A stretch of 64,000 nucleotides of DNA from contig NC_045697.1 of assembly GCF_009834535.1 (NCBI RefSeq), forward strand, positions 19,408,001-19,472,000, read 5' to 3'. This DNA is from Camelus ferus (Eukaryota). The notes below the pieces were generated by a model that had not been told where the DNA came from, did not search any database, and saw nothing but the letters and a program-made list of their open reading frames with translations. Positions 12,570-24,020 of this stretch are shown piece by piece. Each line of letters begins with the position of its first letter. The stretch's first letter is position 1. Both the position numbers and the translations under genes were made by a program.

Positions 12570-13050
12570 GGGATCCTTGAAGTCCAGAGTTAGAGACCAG
12601 AAAGTAGCAGTTGTTGTACATTAGGTTTAACATGATAACAGCTGGGACTACGATGCTAAGGACTGAAACAGAAGAAATGGATTAAGAACAAGTACATTGC
12701 TGAGAGTATACAGTATTTGGAAACTGATCTGTAGACAAAAGAGATTGGTGAGTGAAAAATTATTTTCAACAATGCCAACCTAGATAGACATAAAAGTAGC
12801 AATTGCTAGGTCAATGGATAGGAAAATTGAGAAGAGCTGGATTTATTGGCATCAAAGATGTTGAGATTGGTTTTTGATATATTGGCTTGAATTCCAAGCA
12901 GAACTGCCCTGGAGATGCTTAGAAAAGTGTCTGGGGAGCCCTATCAGTGGTCATTTAAGCTGTGGAAGCAAGTGAATACCATAGAGGCCGATGAAGGCAT
13001 AACTACAGAGGGAGAAAGATCTAGAACCGAATTCTGAAGAATATTCTTGG
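12570..13050 (-). mobile_element. L2 fragment
   Basis: Purine-rich; gagattggtttttgatatattggcttga...ggagatgc resembles antisense L2. Confidence 0.5.
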
Positions 13051-13993
13051 ACAATGCAAAACACATACAGCATAACATAGGTTCTGCTTAGAGGAGAATC
13101 AGAAATAAGATGAGAATGATTTCAATACATTAATATTTAAAAATGTATTTATACGTTTTTTTTTTGCCTTTTTAATCCTTCCTTTTTATTGGTATCTCTT
13201 TTTAACATTTGGGTACATGCTATATGGTACCTGTTCCTTTTTCAGGGCAAAGCAGTTGGCATTTAATTTATGACATAACTTGATATATTCAGTAAAGTAA
13301 AACAATGATTGGCTTATTTTTTTCTTACCCTCATACAAATCGTTATTTGACAGAGCCTTGATCTGTAACCTGTGTCTTTGTATATCTATATGGAACAACA
13401 GATACTGAATACTACAAAGGAAATCACATTTCTCATCTTACTTTCTACACTATTAAAGGAACTACTTTTAATTTTCCCAGAGTTACCTGGTTCTCTTTAG
13501 CTGATTTTTAAAATAACCCTCATTTTATTAAAAATAATTGGATGAGTTATGATGATGAAGCAGGCTTGTGAAATATGTTTCCTGCCTTGCGTTGTTCATT
13601 TGCTTGCATGGCTTTAACCTCTCTTGAAGGCAGATTAACAACAATTAACAACCCCAAAGGAAAAGTGAAATAATTAATAATGAATTAAGCAGATGGCACT
13701 GTAGCAAAAATGTGAGAAGTAGGAAGCAGAAGGGACTGGTACTCAGAAGAGGTAATTCGGAGGCATTTTATTTTTCTTGGTATGTTGCATAACAGCCTCT
13801 TTCATGATGGTCTTTGAAGAAATCCTCTTAGTTTAAAACCTCTGATAGGAACGCACCAGTGGGCTTCTTTAACCACAGACTCTGCCCTGTATCTCTCAGT
13901 TTTTCCACAGAAACATATCGGTGAGGATTTAATAAAAAGGAAGGTTAGAAAAAAAGAATTTTCTGACACAAGTTGTTTTAAGAGACTGTGGAG

Positions 13994-14602
13994 CGGGCAG
14001 AAGACCTAAACAAGCAATTCTCCAAGGAAGACATACAAATGATCAAAAAGCACATGAAAAAATGCTCAATATCACTAATTATCAGAGAAATGCAAATCAA
14101 AACTACAATGAGGTATCACCTCACACCAGTCAGAATGGCCGTCATTCAAAAATCCACAAATGACAAATGCTGGAGAGGCTGTGGAGAAAGGGGAACCCTC
14201 CTACACTGCTGGTGGGAATGCAGTTTGGTGCAGCCACTATGGAAAACAGTGCGGAGATTCCTCAAAAGACTAGGAATAGACTTACCATATGACCCAGGAA
14301 TCCCACTCATGGGCTTGTATCCAGAAGGAAATCTACTTCAGGATGACACCTGCACCCCAATGTTCATAGCAGCACTATTTACAATAGCCAAAACATGGAA
14401 ACAGCCTAAATGTCCATCAACAGGTGACTGGATAAAGAAGATGTGGTATATTTATACAATGGAATACTACTCAGCCATAAAAACCGACAACATAATGCCA
14501 TTTGCAGCAACATGGATGCTCCTGGAGAATGTCATTCTAAGTGAAGTAAGCCAGAAAGAGAAAGAAAAATACCATATGAGATCGCTTATATGTGGAATCT
14601 AA
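13994..14602 (+). pseudogene. L1 ORF2p C-terminal fragment with CCHC zinc knuckle; stop-free but 5'-truncated
   Basis: [15 protein letters not shown]...[11 protein letters not shown]...[19 protein letters not shown]...MEYYSAIK...ILSEVSQ...SLICGI, a classic ORF2p C-terminus with CX3CX7HX4C. Confidence 0.97.
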
Positions 14603-14936
14603 AAAACAAAAACAAACAAACAAACAAAAACAAAGCATAAATACAGGACAGAAATAGACTCACAGACAGAGAATACAGACTTGTGGTTGCCAGGGGGGTG
14701 GAGGGTGGGAAGGGATAGACTGGAATTTCAAAATTGTAGAATAGATAAACAAGATTACACTGTATAGCATAGGGAAATATACACAAAATGTTATGATAAC
14801 TCACAGAGAAAAAAATGTGACAATGAGTGTGTATATGTCCATGAATGACTGAAAAATTGTGCTGGACACTGGAATTTGACACAACATTGTAAAATGATTA
14901 TAAATCAATAAAAAATGTTAAAAAAAAAAAAAAAAG
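13994..14936 (+). mobile_element. Young 5'-truncated LINE-1 (ORF2 C-terminus, 3' UTR, poly-A)
   Basis: Perfect 14-bp TSD aagagactgtggag (13980-13993 and 14937-14950), TT|AAGA endonuclease-type site, AATAAA at 14907-14912, poly-A at 14920-14935. Confidence 0.98.
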
Positions 14937-15976
14937 AAGAGACTGTGGAGAGATGGGATTCCGACTGAGGAGGACCAATCTCTGATCACTCTCACAAACT
15001 TGAAAAGTTTCCGGGGGTACTGGAAGCACGATTAAAATTATCATATTTTTCTTATCAGTCATTGTTTAGTAATGAATTTACTGATGAAAGTAGATGTGTT
15101 TGAATGTGTCATGATAATTGGTAGCTGAACTTTTTTTCCTGGAAGTTTCTCTAGGGTGTGTGTGTAAACAGATGAAAAGACTCTGGGATTCAGGCACCAT
15201 TATTAAATTAAAAATTATCAAAAAGATAAGGTATTTTGCTTCCCAGTAAAGACAATATAGCCTCTTCTTTTGACTCTCTGTTTCCCCAAAGTATAACAGA
15301 GAACAATGGGGGAGGCTCAGGTACTGTGGCTGGAAACACAGAATGCAGTGTGCACAGAATATGATTTTATGATTTGCTTTTTTATTCAACAAGTATTTAA
15401 CGTGTCCTGGTGTGACTCTAGCTCTCATTCTGAGAGTCCAAAACTTACACTAGGGTTCTCGTTTATTGACAGTGAAAGGAAAGAGAATTTAAAACATTTT
15501 GCATAAACTGATGTCTTCCACCAATGAGTTAAAAGGGGACATGATATCTATATCTTGGCCTTCAGGTTTAAAGAGTTTAGATTTCTTACTTCTTTTTCCA
15601 TTTCTTTCCTTCTGTCTCTGAAAATATCTGAGAGTTAACAGAGAAACCCTCCAGTCTTCTCTGAATGTGACAGAATTTGTGTCTCAATTGATTAGAAAGT
15701 CGAGCTGTGCTAAGGAGTGGGGGTGACCTTGGCCTTGCTGACTTGTACAGAGGTCTCTGGGGGTCAGTACCAGTCTCAGGGTGGGGACATGTTCACCTCT
15801 GAGGAAGCTGCTTCTAAGGCATCTCCGAGGAAAGGAGAATGAAAAATCCAGGCAGAGCTGGGAGGCTCTGTGGGTCAAGGGAGCACACACAGAGGGGGGA
15901 CCTGGGGCTGTGGATCTCCTGATGTTGCTGAGGGAACTAGCATCTGGCTTCAGAAGTGCCTAAAGGGTCAGAGATT

Positions 15977-16021
15977 AAAAAAACAAACAAACAAACAAAC
16001 AAACAAACAAAAAAAAAAAAA
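15977..16021. repeat. (CAAA)n / A-rich tract
   Basis: aaaaaacaaacaaacaaacaaacaaacaaacaaaaaaaaaaaaa. Confidence 0.9.
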
Positions 16022-16999
16022 CTAGGAAAAGCTACATGTGCCTTGAAATTGTATATTATACTTATCAAAATTTAGGAGGTTTTGGAAAACATCTAAGAAC
16101 ATCTATATTACTACTTTGCAGATCAGGAAACTGAGGATAAATTTAGAGTTTGGGTTGGAACCTGCATCTGCTGGCAGATTTCACTTTGCAAAGCAGAATT
16201 AGGGTTAAAGGCCTGGAACATTCAATAAAGTGTTTCTGCATGTACTGCACCTGATTAAGATCGGCAATTATGTTCTAACTAAAACCAGTGGAAGAAAAAT
16301 AAACTCAGAGAATTTCAGCATTTGAAAACCTTATACGTGGGTGTTCGAATGATAACCGGATCTCTAGCGAACAAGAGGCCCTAAGAAAACGAGGAGTAAG
16401 CAGTTGCCTGAACTTCTTATATTGCTCAAATTCAGGCTGGTGCTTGATCGCGAGACTCAAGCAGGGAGTCTAGGGGTTCTGGCTGAGTGTGTGTGTGGAG
16501 CTAGGCTTGGCCCAAGTCTGCAAAGTGAGGAGCCGAGAGAGGTCAGGAATTCCATATCCTTGCGTGATGCTGAGTTTGACAGCCCATACAGACAGGATAC
16601 ACTAAAACAGGTAACTGAAGATACTGGTCTGAGCAGAAAAAACTGCGTATGAGGCAACTGGTTGAAAACGAGTACAGCAGAGAAAGAAAGGCTGAGTCAC
16701 CCGGATTATGGGTTGATTATGGGTTGACATTCTAGGGACTTTCAAAGAAGAGCCTAAAGCCGCACCCAAGGAAGGAAATTTTAAGGGTATTAAACCAGTT
16801 TGGACCCCATTGTCTGTGACTGTTTAGAGGAATCTGGGCCATGAGATGGAGGAATATGGAATGGGATAGGTGTCCTCGGGTTTGCACTAATGCTTGACTT
16901 AGGAAAACGTCCTCTGGCCCAATGTGCAGGTGTGGGTCTGGGTGGCTAGAGTACAAGATGCTGACTGGGAAAAGCTGTTGGCTGTAACTTTTTTCTTCA

Positions 17000-17482
17000 G
17001 GCTACAAACGTTTATCAGGCACCAGTTTTGTACCAGGCACTGGAGATGCAACTGTGAGCATGACAGACAGGGGCTCTGACTTCATGATGCTTATGATATT
17101 TAGAAAAAGGCAATAAGCAAGTAGATACATGAATAAAAGTAAGTCCAAATGTGCTATGAAAGAAATAGAGAATAGGGTATCACATAATGGAGGAGATTCT
17201 TTAAAGTAGATGATTTGGAAAGATGTATCTGATAAAGTGATGTTTAAGCTGATGAGAAAGATTTAACTACTTGGAGAACTGATGAGAAACATTCCAGGCA
17301 TAGGAAAGAAGACATAAAAAGGAACAGAATAAGGAAATATTTGGGGGAACTGTGTAGGAACTGTCAAAAGACCATGTTACTGGAACATAGTTTGCATGGG
17401 TGAATGGGGGAGAATGGCATGAGGTGAATTTGGAGAGACAGGCAGAGAGGAGATTACATTGGACATTATGGGTCTTGGTAAG
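17000..17482 (-). mobile_element. L2 3' portion, interrupted by an MLT1F-like LTR and resuming ~17978-18010
   Basis: aaacgtttatcaggcacc...gtaccaggcactggagatgcaactgtgagcatgacagac matches the antisense L2 3' end. Confidence 0.75.
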
Positions 17483-17977
17483 TGTGGAAGCCAGCATCCC
17501 AGATGGCCCCCAATGGTACTCTTCTATGGTCCTTTCACACATTGTACTAGGGATGGTCTGTGTGGCCAGCAGAATATGACAGAAGTAATGGCATATGACA
17601 TCTGAGACTAGGTTATGAATAATACATGAGTTCTTTCTTTTTTAATTCTCTCTTTCTTGGATCACCTGCTCTGAGACAAACCAGCTGCCACCCTGTGAAC
17701 AATCTTATGAAGAGGCTCACGTGGTAAGAAAATGTAGCTTCCTGTCAACAGCCACATGAATAAGCATGGAAGTGGGTCTTCCAGTCCCAGTCAAGCCATC
17801 AGATCACTGCAGCTCCAGCCAACAGCTTAACTGAAACCTCATTAGGTTACCCTGTGCGGGAACCACTGAACAAACCACTTCCAGATTCTTGACCCTTAGA
17901 AACTGTAAGATAATAAATTGTTGCTTTAAGCTGCTAGATTTGAGGACATTTGCTGTGTAGCAATAGTATGTAATATA
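17483..17977 (+). mobile_element. MaLR solo LTR, MLT1F-like, nested in L2
   Basis: Starts tgtggaagccagcatcccagatggcccccaatg, ends aaactgtaagataataaattgttgctttaagctgctag...gcaatagtatgtaatata. Confidence 0.85.
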
Positions 17978-18309
17978 TTAAAGAATTCGATTTTATCTAA
18001 ATACAATGCCTTTTTTGAACTAAGGGAAAGAGGAAGGGTCTTGGTAACCATCAGTGGCTTGAAGGTTAACCAGTTAACCTCTTGAGATTGCTGTTCAGTG
18101 ACTGTTTGCTGGACTCCTTCCCTGTAGACAATGATATATTCAGTTTCCTTGTGTTTAGGACTCAAGTATCAACAGAATGAAAAAGTCGTTCTATTTGCAG
18201 TTGCCTTGAAAACAAAGACAGAGCTACATTTAGAACTTTAATAAAATAGTGTTCCTCTCTTCAGTTACAAGCTGAGAAAAGGGACATTTAGTGTATTATG
18301 TCTACTCTA

Positions 18310-18435
18310 ACTCAATCCAATAAACATTTGTAGAGTAACCTTGAGGAACAGTTCTGTGTTCAGCATTGCGAGGAAAAGACTATGACCAGACTAACAGTTG
18401 TTCCTGTCCTCTAGCTGCTCACAATCTAGGGTGGA
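18310..18435 (-). mobile_element. L2 3' end fragment
   Basis: tcaatccaataaacatttgtagag...cctgtcctctagctgctcacaatctag. Confidence 0.6.
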
Positions 18436-20169
18436 AATAGATCATTTTAGACTCTGTGCAAATTGGTGGTACCTCTCTTCTCTTGACCAGAAAGCACTTG
18501 ATTCCTACCAATGACAAGGAGACTAAAATTGCAGAACACCAAAAGACAAAGACTGGTCTAAGGGTTTTCCTTCCCTTTGTTTCCCAACAAATGTAAGTAC
18601 TATTTGTATAATTTCCTGACCAGTACAGAAACTGAGACTTCTTCCGTCTAAAGAGTATTGGGTCCAGGAGTTGCTAAGGCTTTCTTGCTGTTAAGTTGGG
18701 TGCTTATGGGGTTGGTCTGAAGCTTGTAACCAAGTCCATGTAGAGGTACCTGGTGACTTATCTAAGACCAGAGATGCTCTTACTCCCTTTACTGCTTCAC
18801 TCAAGACACAGAAACTTTGTGTTTATCCTGACATCCAGTCACTATCTTATATTATCGTCTTTAGGACATAGAGCAACAAGCTTTTCTCTACTTTTATAAG
18901 CCCATAGGAAGCAAGCAATCACAGTTTAAAAACAAAGAATCTTGAGCATCTACACATATCTCTGCTGCAGACACTCTATCTCTTAATGATACACAGAGGC
19001 CTCTGCACATCTTCCTTCAGAAAAATGGACAATAGAAATTGTCCTTTAATTCTTCCTGATCTCCAGAAGAAGCAAAAATCTGTACCTGGCAGTGACAGAG
19101 AGGCACCAGGCTGATGGTAGGAATTTTTTCCCAAGGGCCTCCTAAAACACAAACACACTCAGGACAAACACTATTATACGATAAAATCTGATAGGTGTCC
19201 CCTTGGAGGTGCGTATTTCAAGGTGCCTTTGAGATTTGGGGACCTTGTTTTGAAATTCTGAGCAGTCTTAACAGGCAGGTCCATCATCTCAGTGAAGAAG
19301 GAGGTCAGCTGGGTGCACCAAGGTGGAACTGATTAGCTAAATTGCCGGTGGCCGCAGAATGATCCAGCAACAGCCTGATGCCAGGGAGATGGAAACAGCT
19401 GTATCCAAGCTGCATGGAAATCTGTCTCTAATTACATCCACCCAATAAAAGGTTGGTTATTTACCATTGGAGAAGGGTTCATAATGGCACTTATATCTTT
19501 CATCCTTCAAAATAATTTCACTAGCTTTTTTTTTCTTTGGCACATAGTTCTGAGGTGCCAAATATTGAGAGAGCACATGTCCTATTTCTTGCCTGGCAAC
19601 AATGTGAACTCATCTAGCGGTTGTGAATGCTAAGGGGGTGTGTCCTTCTTGAAAAAGAAAGCCAGTCTGCTCACCAGAGCATTGCCGTATCTGTGTCGTT
19701 GTCCCAAGAAGGTGAAGCAGCCAAAGTTCTTCATTTATCTGCTGGCAGGCAGCCCAGGTTAACTGTATGTTTCTGAGTTAGTCCTAGTGATTGCAATTGG
19801 ATACAGATTTTCACAGTTCCATTGTTGATAATGTGCTACTCCGTTAGCACTGGGAGTGACATTAACAAGTCAATAAAGACCTCATAAAGTGCTTTATACA
19901 CCAATGTCAGTTAGACGTAGCAGGACGCTGGTAATCATTAGGCAGGTTGTGTCTGCTGAATGGTGTTCACTTTCAGTCTTGTCAGTGTTATGTTCCTAAA
20001 CAGAAGTGTTACCATGACACATGGGGATTTTACTGTGTTCTGAAGTCTCAGTCTTAGGCCAACTAACTGCCTGGCCGTAATGTGAAAAATGACATTTAGT
20101 GGTTTCTGTATAACATAGTGGTTACTCTGATTAGCCTTGGGACCAGACAGACTGTTTTTTATATGATGT

Positions 20170-20505
20170 GAGCATGCGTTCTTTAACCTTTCTGAGTCTT
20201 GGTTTCTGTCATGTACCAAGCGGGGATAATAGTACAAATAATGTAAAAGGGGGATGACTTTTCACCATTCCTGATTCTAAGGGAGATACACTCCTGGCTT
20301 TGATAATATAGGCAAAATGCTTAGAATGTCTAGTACATGTGTTAGATATTCAATAAGTGATTGTTATCATTATGGAAAGAAAGTGAGACCCCTTTTTACT
20401 ATTAGGGAAATTGAAGGCTAGTTGCTGTCTCTGGTTACTGTATGAATTCATTGTAAGGACAGGGTTAAATGTCCCAGTTCTTGATTTCCAGTCTGATGTG
20501 GTTTT
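20170..20505. mobile_element. Two MIR fragments in opposite orientation
   Basis: tttaacctttctgagtcttggtttctgtcatgtacc...ggggataatagtac on +, then cccttttt...gggaaattgaaggcta on -. Confidence 0.55.
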
Positions 20506-22574
20506 CATAACCTTTATTCGTCTTAGAGGGCTTATACTGAAACAATCTGTGTAGGAGGCATCTTCACAGATTTTATGTTAAAATAAATAGAACAAATTTC
20601 TTCTTTTTCTCTCAAAATAAGCACTTTGCATAGGTCAACCCACTCACTCTCTGTCCTTTCCATCTTGTTTTTTCAACCCACATAGGCCCACTCTTCATTC
20701 TTACTCCTCTTGAGACTGAAGACTTGTCAGCAAGCATCTGCTGATCTCAAATGCTCTAGTTTTCCTTCATTAGGAAAGAAGCCCAAGAAGTATAATTAAA
20801 AGAAGCACAGGAAAAAAACACAAAATGTAGTTCTTTGTTTTTCAGTTTTCTGCTTGCTTTGTTTTAAACTCATTAAATATATTAGTAAGGCTGAGAAATA
20901 GGCAACTGGGTTCCAGTTCCCTTGCCAGTTTGGATCAGTTGGCAGTGACCTTATGGAGTGTTGTCTTCTGAAGGCTTCTGATGGTGTGTTTAGGTTTGAC
21001 AGTGAAAAATTATAGTGGTCAGTTTAGAAATGACTCCTATGAATGAGTGAAACAGAGGGGATGTTTTCTATCCATTCTTAAGATTTCAGGTTAATGGCAA
21101 TGATAGAAAATCTTTTCGAACAGGAGTCATTGTTGACCCATCTTGATTCATCCCAACGTATATTCAGTGTTTTACATTTTGTTTCTCACACTTATTTATT
21201 TATTCAGTGAATATTTGTTGAGTACCGACAGCATTTTAGAAACCTGGCTGTTCAAGCAGAAAAGTGGGTTCCACTGACAATACACAAGATGTACCACATT
21301 CTGTAGCTTATCATCCACTAGTTCTATCTCTTCCTCTTCCTTTCATTGCTGTTGTCTCTGTTCAGGCCCCCATTATCATGACAGGGACTGTTATCTCACA
21401 GTTTTCTAGGGAAAGCGGAAACCATGTCTTTCTACCAACTGCATGCTGTCCAAGGTCCTAAAACACACTTACAAGTTCTCCCAAGAGTGGGATGACACAA
21501 TAGTGAGAGAAAAGAGAGAGAGAAACAAGAGACAAAAGGAAGAATCAAATAGATAAGTACCATAACTGAGAGATTACTGGGAGAAAAAAAAAAACAATAG
21601 TTTTTTGAAGAGAGTTTTCAATGAAGCACAGATACCAAGAAAGACAAATTTTCTCTCTCTTAAAATTTGGCATGTGTGCATATGCCCTTTTTGTCTTTCT
21701 TTGGAAGCTGTAACAGCTTATGACTGCTACTATCTCTTAAATGAGGTCCTAGCCATCATCTTGCCTCATTCATTCCATCCATCCATCCTGTGTTTCTAGA
21801 GCAATTTTTCTAAAATATGCCTCTCCAGTTCCATTACTCCTCTGCTTAAAATCCTTTGATGGCTCACATGACTTACAGTAGAAGTTCTTTGTAAGGACCT
21901 ATTGGTGCATTAGGGTAATTTGTGAAGTGTGAACTGAATGTCTGCTACTAATTGAGTTAAAGTATCAAAGATCAGTAGTGATTTACTTTTTCTAATAGGA
22001 ATTTTGCAATTTTGAACTCCAATATTCTTTCCTGAATGCAACAGAAAGAGATGAGACTGTGTGTAATCTTTTTCTGTGTCATGGGGTCTATTATGTGGTA
22101 AACTCCAGCAGTGATTGTGATGATGTCACACAAATTCTGGGATTGTCCATGGATATGTATCCAAAGATGGTTTATTTCATCATCAATTGTCATAAGTTTA
22201 ACAGTAGAAAATTCTGTCTCATTGAATAAATTCCAAATTCCATAAAGACTATGTAAGGATTTTCCTGATAATTTTATCTCTGTAGACAAATCTTTAAGAG
22301 TACCACTCCCACCATCTATTTATTCAATCTGCTTTCTCTTTCTGAAACATTTTCACCCCTCCCAATCAATTTGGTAAACTCCTCAAATATTTTAAGATCA
22401 CAATTCATTTCAAGCCTTCCTTCATCTAAGAAGTCTGCTTTGATACTCCCTCCCCACCTCCAGTAGAATTGAGTGCTTATACAATTGCACAAAAAGGGGA
22501 AGAATGAGGTCTTTTCTTTGTGCATCTTTCTCTTTCCATTTCTCCTTCATTCCATCAGGTCCCAGGAGGAAGTC

Positions 22575-22950
22575 TCTGTTGCATGAGTCAGGGCAGTTCA
22601 GGGTCTGCTATGGAAAGAAGCAACTCCAGCATCTCAGGGACTGCAATGACAAAAGTTTGTTTGTTGCTCATGCTCCATGTCTGTTGTGGATTGGCTGGGG
22701 TCTCTTTCTATACCATCGTTCAGAGACTCAGGATGAGTAAGCAGCCACCATCTTAAAATAACTGGTTACTGTGCCAGAGAGAAAAGAGAGGACTTCTTTA
22801 AGCCGTTAAATCCCAATGTTATTTGTATTCCTGATCTATTAATTATAGATTCCATGATTCCATCCAAACACAAAAAAAGCTAGGAAGTACAAGACTACCT
22901 TGTGCATGTAGGGCAGAGAAACATAAATATTTGGCAAATAGCACTAATTA
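22575..22950 (-). mobile_element. MaLR LTR, MLT1I/J-like
   Basis: caactccagcatctcaggga...acaaaagtttgtttgttgctcatgctccatgtc...gagactcaggatgagtaagcagccaccatc. Confidence 0.7.
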
Positions 22951-23445
22951 TGACCATATATGCCCCAAATAAAACCAATCATGGTTATCCCCTCATGTTT
23001 TGAGGGGATATTTACATGATATTGAGAGAAGACCTCTGAAGGTGACTTCAAAACTTGAGTTACCTGGCTGAGAAGTGCTGGAATGGCAGCTTTATCTACC
23101 TGATCATGCTGTGTTGCTTCAAGCACAAAGTTCATTCTCCTTATAATGGCAACAGTAGCAACAGCTCTGAACCAGAAGCGATGCCTACCTTGGAGCTGGG
23201 TTACCAAACTGTGAAAAAGGGAAAGAGAGCAACAAAGTTTCCCTAGGTATATTTACCTGACGTATCTGGTTGCAACTAACATGTCTTTAGCAAGGAGGAG
23301 GGAGGAGAGGTGATTGGATAGATAACCAACAGCGACTCTCCTACGTTATCCCTTCAACTCCTGCAGCTCACTTCTGGGGTTGGAAGGGTCTAGGAGCGCC
23401 ACAGAGCATATCATATTTTCAGTTCCATGGAGAGCCATGTCACCT

Positions 23446-23791
23446 TGAAACTAATAGACAGCCAGATATTTTTCCAGCAAAAATTGGTTTATTGGTGATT
23501 ATCAGAGAATTGTAATTTGGGGTCTGCAACCATGGCTAGCCACGTGCAAGAACCACCCCCACCCCCCAACCAATGGCCAGGGAAAGAGACTGCTTTTATA
23601 GAGGGGAAAAGGAAATTGGGAGGGCACTAGTAAACAAACAGTCTGTGGCTTTTCACTGACTGTGTCCTTGCCAGGAAAGAAAAGGCATCTTCCTTTTTCC
23701 TGTTGGGCTTTGCTGTTGCAGGGTATGAGGGCTCACCCTTCTGGTCTCCGAACTCTATTTAATTAAGGTTTCTGTTTACTAAATTTTTACA
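23446..23791 (-). mobile_element. ERV1-class solo LTR
   Basis: TG...CA termini. The minus strand has TATA (cctctataaaag ~23593-23604) and AATAAA (~23488-23493) in LTR order. No clean TSD. Confidence 0.7.
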
Positions 23792-23859
23792 GCTCTGATA
23801 AGCTTGGCATAGCTGATACTGCTTTGTGAACTGTTGCTTTGGGAACTTCTTATATAACA

Positions 23860-24020
23860 TCTACCTATAGTCCAACAACCCGATGAGCTAAGCATTATTT
23901 TCCAGATGGGGATACAGAAGACCAGAGATGATAAATAGCTTACTTAAGGTCACAGAGCTAAAATGTGGTGGAACTAAATTTAATGCCAGCCTGCCTCGTG
24001 ACTCTGGAACTCTTGCTCTT
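23860..24020 (-). mobile_element. MIR fragment
   Basis: caacaacccgatgagctaagcattatt...cagatgggg...acttaaggtcacagagcta. Confidence 0.7.

Noticed and set aside
13686..13702. CTCF site taagcagatggcactg
   Set aside because: It lacks the high-information 5' CC of the core motif.
13988..14602. Host protein-coding gene of 204 aa
   Set aside because: It is the truncated L1 ORF2 end; the called GTG start lies in the TSD.
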